Shown: piece after piece, positions 48,746 to 54,197 of the stretch
How the letters are laid out: every line of letters starts with the position of its first letter
How positions within the stretch are numbered: position 1 is the first letter of the stretch
Assembly (NCBI GenBank): GCA_036124005.1
Contig: JAZADD010000029.1
Span: 1-54,197 of the forward strand
Source: Thermoplasmatota archaeon
GTDB taxonomy: Archaea; Thermoplasmatota; Poseidoniia; Poseidoniales; Thalassarchaeaceae
Direction: 5' to 3'
Length of the DNA stretch: 54,197 nt
Notes under the pieces: model-generated
Database searches by the model: none
What the model was told of the DNA's origin: nothing
Seen by the model: only the letters and a program-made list of their open reading frames with translations
Position numbers and translations under genes: made by a program

Positions 48746-48760
48746 ATTACCAATCTTCAA

Positions 48761-50422
48761 GTGGCCTATCCTCCCGTTAGGATGTTGGTTACGATGGGAG
48801 TTAACGACGACTCTAATCCACCCCGAGCATTGATTAGTGTTTATGACAAGTCAGGAGTGGTTGAATTCGCTAGAAAGATTAGTGATATGGGTTGGGAAAT
48901 TTTGTCAACAGGAGGCACTGCCCGTTTATTGAAAGAGAACAACATCGATGTTGTTGATGTCACTGATGTTACTGGACATCCAGAGGTATTCGATGGACGT
49001 GTGAAAACACTTCATCCTGCAATCCATGCAGGTATTCTAGCCAGAGGATCAAATTTGGAGGATCTGAAGACACTTTCTTCGTTAGGCTATTCTCGAATTG
49101 ATCTTGTTTGTGTAAATCTCTACCCATTTGAAAGTGTGGCCAATGAATCTCCACCAGTTAAGGAAGACGATCTTCTTGAGATGATTGATATTGGTGGGCC
49201 TACACTATTGCGTGCAGCAGCAAAAAGCCATCAAGATGTGCTTGTTGTCCCACGGAAAAAGTACTACCAAGAAGTGATAGATGCGCTTGATGAAACGAAT
49301 GGCAATCCAAACGCAGTATCTAACGATCTACGTCAGAGAATGGCAATTTCTGCATTTCAGAGGACCGCAGGATATGATGTAATGGTAGCATCTACACTTG
49401 CTGAACGTCTTTCGGTTACGATGGAATCACCGGAAGGTATTCCCGCACGTCTACTTGTTTCAGGAAGTCAGGCTCATCCACTTCGATATGGAGAGAATCC
49501 CCATCAAATGGCAGGCTGGTTCGATTCATCTCCGACCAGTCTTCCATCTACAGGTCTTGCAGCAGCAGTTCAACATGGAGGAAAAGAACTCTCTTTCAAT
49601 AACTATCTAGACCTTGATGCAGCACTTCGTTTTGCACGCTCTCTTATTGGTCCAGAATGGTCAAACCATCCACATGTTTGTGTAATTATCAAGCATACGA
49701 ATGCATGCGGCGTTGCTGTATCGACAGATCAAGCTTCAGCGTGGAACGACGCTCTTGCTTCAGATTCAGAATCTGCTTTTGGTTGTGTAATTGCCTTCAC
49801 TACGGTGGTTACTCAAAAGACGGCAGAGGCAATAGGCGATCATTTTGTTGAATGTATTATTGCACCTGGATTTGAGCCAAGTGCTATGGATTATCTTTCA
49901 CAGAAGAAGAATCGTCGTTTGTTGACGTTAGATACATTTCTCCCACTTAATGATGAAGTCCGATACCGCCAACTCGATGGTGTATGGTTAGCCCAAATCG
50001 AAGGAATACCAAGAGTTGATTGGGAAGCAGTACAATGTGTCACTTCCATTGAAATGGAATCTAACGACAGAAATCTTGCTCGGTTTGGTGTTGCTGTATG
50101 TGCTCAAGTGAAATCGAATAGTGTAGTACTTGTAGATCGAACTCCTACAGGATTTGCTACTGTTGGTATCGGACCTGGTCAGACTAGCCGTGTTGAAGCA
50201 GTCCGCATCGCAGCTCGACGTGCAGGAAATCGAGCACAAGGCTCCATGATGGTATCAGATGCCTTTTTCCCATTCCGTGATGGTATTGATGCCGCCCATG
50301 AGATTGGAGTAACATCCATTGTTCAGCCCGGTGGCTCAATTCGTGATCAGGAATCAATTGACGCAGCGAATGAGCACGCCATGTCCATGATATTTACAGG
50401 AACACGCCTGTTCCGCCACTAA
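48761..50422 (+). CDS. purH: Bifunctional AICAR transformylase / IMP cyclohydrolase
   Basis: ALISVYDKSG, GGTARLL, GRVKTLHP, DLVCVNLYPF and IKHTNACG blocks, plus the C-terminal IVQPGGSIRD. Start uncertain (GTG 48761, ATG 48782 or 48794). Confidence 0.92.
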   Translation: MAYPPVRMLVTMGVNDDSNPPRALISVYDKSGVVEFARKISDMGWEILSTGGTARLLKENNIDVVDVTDVTGHPEVFDGRVKTLHPAIHAGILARGSNLEDLKTLSSLGYSRIDLVCVNLYPFESVANESPPVKEDDLLEMIDIGGPTLLRAAAKSHQDVLVVPRKKYYQEVIDALDETNGNPNAVSNDLRQRMAISAFQRTAGYDVMVASTLAERLSVTMESPEGIPARLLVSGSQAHPLRYGENPHQMAGWFDSSPTSLPSTGLAAAVQHGGKELSFNNYLDLDAALRFARSLIGPEWSNHPHVCVIIKHTNACGVAVSTDQASAWNDALASDSESAFGCVIAFTTVVTQKTAEAIGDHFVECIIAPGFEPSAMDYLSQKKNRRLLTLDTFLPLNDEVRYRQLDGVWLAQIEGIPRVDWEAVQCVTSIEMESNDRNLARFGVAVCAQVKSNSVVLVDRTPTGFATVGIGPGQTSRVEAVRIAARRAGNRAQGSMMVSDAFFPFRDGIDAAHEIGVTSIVQPGGSIRDQESIDAANEHAMSMIFTGTRLFRH

Positions 50423-50925
50423 TCAGAACTGCGTGTATTCACTTTGAGAATAATATACAGGATTCCAAGAAGCCCAACTCCAATAATAGTGAGCGCACCA
50501 AGAGCGAACTCATCAGCCCCCGTCCATGTGCTAGGTTGTAGCAATTTACCCTCATCACCACGTGTAGATACAGACCATACGAAGTAAGCAGATAGGCTAG
50601 ACATAACGGCAACCATCATCGAAATGATATACTTCACATGGGATGGCAATGTTTTCCCTGTTGCATAATATTCGAACATAGATGCTCCAAAGAAACGATT
50701 CGTCAAGGTGTATCGAAAGAGCCGTTCGTTTGAGAGTGAGAATAAGAATGCTGCAGGAACAGCCCATGAGACGGTCGGCCAACCAGGTAAAAGAACACCA
50801 ATACCGGCAAACACAAGGCACATGCAACCAATCGTGACATAGATAATACGACGTACAGGATTACTTGCTACAGCATACTTCTCAACGATAGCATCTACAC
50901 TACCAAGTCGCCCTTCTTGTCCCAT
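50419..50925 (-). CDS. DUF454 (YbaN-like) family inner membrane protein
   Basis: LLPGWPTVSWAVPAAFLFSLSNERLFRYTL resembles the YbaN/DUF454 signature. Four hydrophobic helices. Confidence 0.6.
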   Translation of the reverse strand: MGQEGRLGSVDAIVEKYAVASNPVRRIIYVTIGCMCLVFAGIGVLLPGWPTVSWAVPAAFLFSLSNERLFRYTLTNRFFGASMFEYYATGKTLPSHVKYIISMMVAVMSSLSAYFVWSVSTRGDEGKLLQPSTWTGADEFALGALTIIGVGLLGILYIILKVNTRSSD

Positions 50926-51018
50926 CTAATTCACATCCGGTCATCGGCGAGGTAAAATGATGTGTATTTCATTCACATTGGTCCATACGCTCAAGGTGAG
51001 AATCTCCATGCTTATTCC

Positions 51019-51690
51019 ATGGTGGCTCCACGGGTAGGAACCCCATCCTCTCCATTACGCCTTGCAGTTCTGATTTCAGGAAGTGGTTCTGGAATGCACG
51101 CCTTAATTACTCAAGAATCGCAGATGGCCTCTCCTTGCTTCGTCACATCCGTTGTAATCAGTGATCGCAAAGGTGTCGGTGGCCTTTCGATTGCTGAAGA
51201 ACACGGCGTCGCTGCAGAGATAGTGCCATTGGTTGATATTGCTGAAGATGCACAACCTTCTCGTCGTCGAGCCCATGAATTAGCTCTAGAATCAGTTCTT
51301 GAGAAATATGAGGTAGAAGCCATAATTCTCTCGGGATATATGCGGATTTTGACTCCTGATTTTCTCCGAGATTGGTCGGGTAAAGTCCTCAATATACATC
51401 CATCACTTCTCCCACGACATCCTGGCGCTCATGCACACCGTGATGTTCTCGCATCTGGTGATACAGTGACGGGATGCACAGTGCATTTTGTTGATGGTGG
51501 TGTGGATACGGGGGCAATCATAGCTCAGTCTGAAGTTCCAGTCCACAAAGGCGATACTATTGAGATGTTACAAGAACGAGTTAAGGTGGTAGAACACCAT
51601 CTATATCCTCAGTTGATTTCTGATTTTGCGGCTGGAAGATTCCGGCTTGAAGGAGAGACAGTTATTTGGCAAGATCTTCGGGATAATTGA
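51019..51690 (+). CDS. purN: Phosphoribosylglycinamide formyltransferase
   Basis: LAVLISGSGSG, SGYMRILTPDFL and NIHPSLLPRHPGAHAH blocks, plus TGCTVHFVDGGVDTGAIIAQ. ATG 51019 chosen within the ORF from 50962. Confidence 0.9.
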   Translation: MVAPRVGTPSSPLRLAVLISGSGSGMHALITQESQMASPCFVTSVVISDRKGVGGLSIAEEHGVAAEIVPLVDIAEDAQPSRRRAHELALESVLEKYEVEAIILSGYMRILTPDFLRDWSGKVLNIHPSLLPRHPGAHAHRDVLASGDTVTGCTVHFVDGGVDTGAIIAQSEVPVHKGDTIEMLQERVKVVEHHLYPQLISDFAAGRFRLEGETVIWQDLRDN

Positions 51691-52210
51691 GATTCCACAA
51701 ACAATTTGGATGACATCCAGCCTGATGAAAATCTTCTGCAACTACGGCTTGTAGATTGATTTGTTCGAACAATGAACGAAGTGATTGTGGAGGCTGCGAT
51801 AACAAGCATTCCAATATTTTTCCAGAACGGAATTGGGCCAATAAGGGATGACTTCCATGTTCATTCACTGGCAATACTCCATCTAATTCTGGTAAAAGTT
51901 CCATTTGTTGTTGAAGCAGGCCGATTGCAATATTATCGAACCAAGGGGTATCCACTGGGAGAAGTTGAACGATTTCTTCCCCATCTAATTGTTGAAGCAT
52001 GGCAACTAAGGCTTCCCACGGACCTTTGGTATCTAGGGGGTCTAGGTGAAATGACACACTTCTATCCAATATGGTTCGGTAGGTATCGGCTTGTTTCCGA
52101 TTTTTTACTAGGACATGGATCGACTCAATTCCAGATTTATTCAGATTTAGAACTGCAATTTCGAGCAGGGTCAACCCATTAATTTCCAATAACGCCTTGT
52201 CCACACCCAT
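51662..52210 (-). CDS. mobA: MobA-like NTP transferase (molybdenum cofactor guanylyltransferase family); start problematic
   Basis: MGVDKALLEINGLTLLE... and LLPVDTPW blocks. The conserved glycine loop GLILAGGRSSR is encoded in frame immediately upstream of the first ATG (52211..52267) with no ATG/GTG/TTG available. Confidence 0.6.
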   Translation of the reverse strand: MGVDKALLEINGLTLLEIAVLNLNKSGIESIHVLVKNRKQADTYRTILDRSVSFHLDPLDTKGPWEALVAMLQQLDGEEIVQLLPVDTPWFDNIAIGLLQQQMELLPELDGVLPVNEHGSHPLLAQFRSGKILECLLSQPPQSLRSLFEQINLQAVVAEDFHQAGCHPNCLWNLNYPEDLAK

Positions 52211-52257
52211 TCGAGATGAACGCCCGCCTGCAAGGATTAATCCTCGAATGCCCTCAC

Positions 52258-52497
52258 CTACCTGAGTTCATCTAATCGTTGGGCTGCATGCTCAATTTCA
52301 GCAAGAAGTTCTCTTGTACGGACAATCAAAGCTTCCCGTTCCCGTCGTTTAGTAGAGGCTGTAATCCAGCCCATTAGAGTTCGAATATCCTCTGCATCAC
52401 GCCGAATCGTCCACTCCAATACTGGTTCAACCACAGGTTCCTCGGCAGGGACGAGAGGTGTGCCCATGGTTGAGTATTTCACCTTGGAACCTTTCAT
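52258..52497 (-). CDS. Hypothetical small protein (C-terminal coiled-coil-like)
   Basis: 79-aa ORF whose start overlaps the upstream stop by 4 nt (ATGA). Confidence 0.4.
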   Translation of the reverse strand: MKGSKVKYSTMGTPLVPAEEPVVEPVLEWTIRRDAEDIRTLMGWITASTKRREREALIVRTRELLAEIEHAAQRLDELR

Positions 52498-53159
52498 GCT
52501 TCCGCGTTGGAGAGGAGAGTATCACGAATCCTTCGTAATAGACCATCACCTTCTGGAAGTTTTGAATTCTTTAGAGCAAGAAGGACACCTTCAGAGACTC
52601 CATCCTTTCGAAATCGTTGATGGGCAGCGAGAATTCCCAATGCTTGCATCGAATCGCTTTCATTAAGGATACTTTCCAACAAAACCAGTGGAATTTCAGT
52701 TCGACCCGCTCTTGCCATTTCTTCGATATGGAGAAGCATCACTTCTAAGGGAATACTTCCAAATTTTGTTCGTCGATGTTTAACAAGATCGATGAGGGTC
52801 AACCAACGCCATTCTGGATTGTGTAACCTATCTGGCAGATTGGCGAGTAAGAGGGATGAAAGGACGAGATCTTCTCGTCCAAATCGGAGCCAAAGCCGAC
52901 CGATTAATGTCTCAATACGTTCTTCATCTCCTTCCATTTTAGTAAGTATCCAAGAAGCAATTCTCTGGAGTTCAGGTTCAGGAGTTCCTAGATGGAATGA
53001 ATATCCAGCATGCGCGCCAATTCGATCGGTAGTTGATTTCATTGCTAAGGCGGGCACACCTATTGGATAGGCATCTCTGATATGCTTCATCAGCCGTTTT
53101 GGACGTTTCAGCATCTTCGGAGTGACTTGCTCGAGATGGTCATCAAGAGGATCTATCAC
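52494..53159 (-). CDS. Hypothetical helical-repeat protein
   Basis: The ORF is open to 53282. A GTG at 53159 lies 4 nt after the upstream stop (53164) and gives a tight operon. Alternative ATGs at 53210 and 53114. Confidence 0.45.
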   Translation of the reverse strand: MIDPLDDHLEQVTPKMLKRPKRLMKHIRDAYPIGVPALAMKSTTDRIGAHAGYSFHLGTPEPELQRIASWILTKMEGDEERIETLIGRLWLRFGREDLVLSSLLLANLPDRLHNPEWRWLTLIDLVKHRRTKFGSIPLEVMLLHIEEMARAGRTEIPLVLLESILNESDSMQALGILAAHQRFRKDGVSEGVLLALKNSKLPEGDGLLRRIRDTLLSNAEA

Positions 53160-53163
53160 GATG

Positions 53164-53586
53164 TCACCTTCCGAACATCCTTCGGAATCGGGATGAAATG
53201 GAACTCGCATCTTCAACAGGAACTTCAGAAGTTGAACGAAGCGGTTTGATGAGCTCTTCCGCCTCCTCCTTTGAAAAGTCAAGAACTTCTCTCAATCGCT
53301 TCATAACTGCTGCTTCATCAATTGATTCGTCATCGTTGAAATTGACAGTTCTCCATGATTTTCGATATACTTGTACTCGCTCGTTTCGAGTAAGCTTTCT
53401 TCCGCCTGTAACGATTTCACCTTCAAGCACCGCATTGTATACTCGAACTGGATCACCATCGTCCAACTCAAGTTCACGCCCGATCGTGATTATCAATCGT
53501 TTTTCTTCTTGGGTTAGCACGCCGTCGTTCAACACCGTTTGAACAACAGCACTGAACACCGAGAGTGTCTCAGGAGCGCTGCCCAT
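53164..53586 (-). CDS. Hypothetical protein with a TerB-like helical motif (weak call)
   Basis: VVQTVLNDGVLTQEEKRLIITIGRELE shares a motif with the C-terminus of the ORF at 33245..33646. Confidence 0.45.
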   Translation of the reverse strand: MGSAPETLSVFSAVVQTVLNDGVLTQEEKRLIITIGRELELDDGDPVRVYNAVLEGEIVTGGRKLTRNERVQVYRKSWRTVNFNDDESIDEAAVMKRLREVLDFSKEEAEELIKPLRSTSEVPVEDASSISSRFRRMFGR

Positions 53587-53713
53587 GCAAGGTGTAACCC
53601 TCTATCTGCCTTGAAGGCTGTCCATAGTAGAAACATATCACTTGGTAGCATCCAATGACGGAGGTTTAATCCCACATGGACCGACCAGATGCAATTATTC
53701 GAGTCACGTTCCT

Positions 53714-53772
53714 GGCCGCTTTGCGGTCTTCGTGCCCGCCGGATGGCGGGATACTTCCCGCTTCCGCGGCAC
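53714..53772 (+). promoter_or_regulatory. GC-rich cluster of overlapping hairpins upstream of dnaG (candidate structured 5' leader or small RNA)
   Basis: Hairpins are 53714..53728 (GGCCGC/GCGGTC), 53735..53750 (CCCGCC/GGCGGG) and 53758..53769 (CCGC/GCGG). A competing hairpin at 53746..53761 (GCGGGA/TCCCGC) overlaps two of them. 47 of 66 nt in 53711..53776 are G or C. Confidence 0.35.
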
Positions 53773-53793
53773 AGCCTGATTCGAACCACTAAA

Positions 53794-53797
53794 GAGG
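53794..53797 (+). promoter_or_regulatory. Shine-Dalgarno-like GAGG for dnaG
   Basis: GAGG lies 7 nt upstream of the dnaG ATG at 53805. Confidence 0.4.
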
Positions 53798-53804
53798 AAT
53801 CAAA

Positions 53805-54197
53805 ATGGCAGAACCGAAGTATGTAATCGAGGCAACCATCCGCACGGATGGAACCGTACAGAGAAAGGATGTGGTCGGAGCAATCTTCGGTCAAACGGAG
53901 GGACTACTCGGTGAGAGTTTGCAACTTCGAGCAATGCAGCGTAAAGGACGCATTGGACACGTAGATGTTGAACTACAAAATCAACGAGGCAAAGTGCAAG
54001 GCATAATCCGTCTTCCGACAATGATTGATCAGGTTACTACTGCAGTTATTGCAGCAGCTCTAGAGACCATTGATCGTATTGGACCATGTCAGGCGAATAT
54101 CAAAGTTCAGAAGATCGAAAATGTTCGATCTGCTAAGCGTACTCAAGTCGTCGATCGCGCCAAGAATCTCTTGCTCAATCTTGTGAATTCAGGTGCG
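53805..54197 (+). CDS. dnaG: Archaeal DnaG primase, N-terminal part (3' end cut by the window edge)
   Basis: My translation of the open frame from ATG 53805 is MAEPKYVIEATIRTDGTVQRKDVVGAIFGQTEGLLGESLQLRAMQRKGRIGHVDV.... This matches the conserved archaeal DnaG N-terminal domain (VVGAIFGQTEGLLG...GRIGR). The frame is open to the window end and is not in the supplied ORF track. Confidence 0.85.
   Translation, partial: MAEPKYVIEATIRTDGTVQRKDVVGAIFGQTEGLLGESLQLRAMQRKGRIGHVDVELQNQRGKVQGIIRLPTMIDQVTTAVIAAALETIDRIGPCQANIKVQKIENVRSAKRTQVVDRAKNLLLNLVNSGA

Noticed and set aside
53732-53773. H/ACA-like guide RNA: stem, internal loop, stem, then ACA at 53771..53773.
   Set aside because: The upper stem is only 6 bp and has no K-turn or K-loop. 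The distance from the pocket to ACA is about 9 nt rather than the ~14-15 nt expected, and the ACA overlaps the best closing helix.
53779-53788. GGTTCGAATC on the minus strand, resembling a tRNA T-loop, in the dnaG upstream region.
   Set aside because: The flanking bases (AGTGG / CAGGC) cannot form a T-stem. No acceptor, D or anticodon arms can be drawn on either side, and the upstream part would lie inside dnaG.
53529-53894. 121-aa minus-strand ORF spanning the GC-rich intergenic block and the dnaG start.
   Set aside because: It overlaps the well-supported dnaG N-terminus and the start of the 140-aa gene. Its composition is Cys/Arg/Leu-rich and it has no family resemblance.

Overview
The window is a gene-dense chromosomal segment from an archaeon. 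Archaeal hallmark genes are DNA topoisomerase VI A and B, TFB, a group II chaperonin, archaeal-type DnaG primase and a class II ribonucleotide reductase. The mix of giant CARDB/vWA surface proteins with several bacterial-type genes (PlsC-like acyltransferase, RlmH, RluA-family synthase) suggests an uncultured marine euryarchaeote of the Thermoplasmatota / Marine Group II-III kind; that placement is inference only. Most of the window is housekeeping: purine synthesis (purQ, purH, purN), hisS, icd, an aconitase-family enzyme, nrdJ and a PduO-type cobalamin adenosyltransferase. I found no rRNA, tRNA, CRISPR array, integrase, transposase or obvious defence island. Genes are tightly packed, with several 4-nt ATGA overlaps and two convergent pairs whose stop codons abut. 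Six things deserve a second look. (1) Top6B carries a C-terminal pair of canonical EF-hand loops. (2) A 1163-aa helical protein ends in a PIN nuclease domain and abuts an RluA-type pseudouridine synthase gene (1-nt spacer). (3) A locally GC-rich block of mutually exclusive hairpins sits just upstream of dnaG. (4) Two giant surface proteins have unusual architectures: a propeller-like repeat region interrupted by a vWA domain, and an array of eight CARDB domains. (5) Bacterial-type lipid and rRNA-modification genes occur in an archaeal context. (6) An aconitase-family enzyme has its swivel domain at the N-terminus, and the thermosome has degenerate nucleotide-binding motifs. All family calls come from motifs read by eye; no database search was run.
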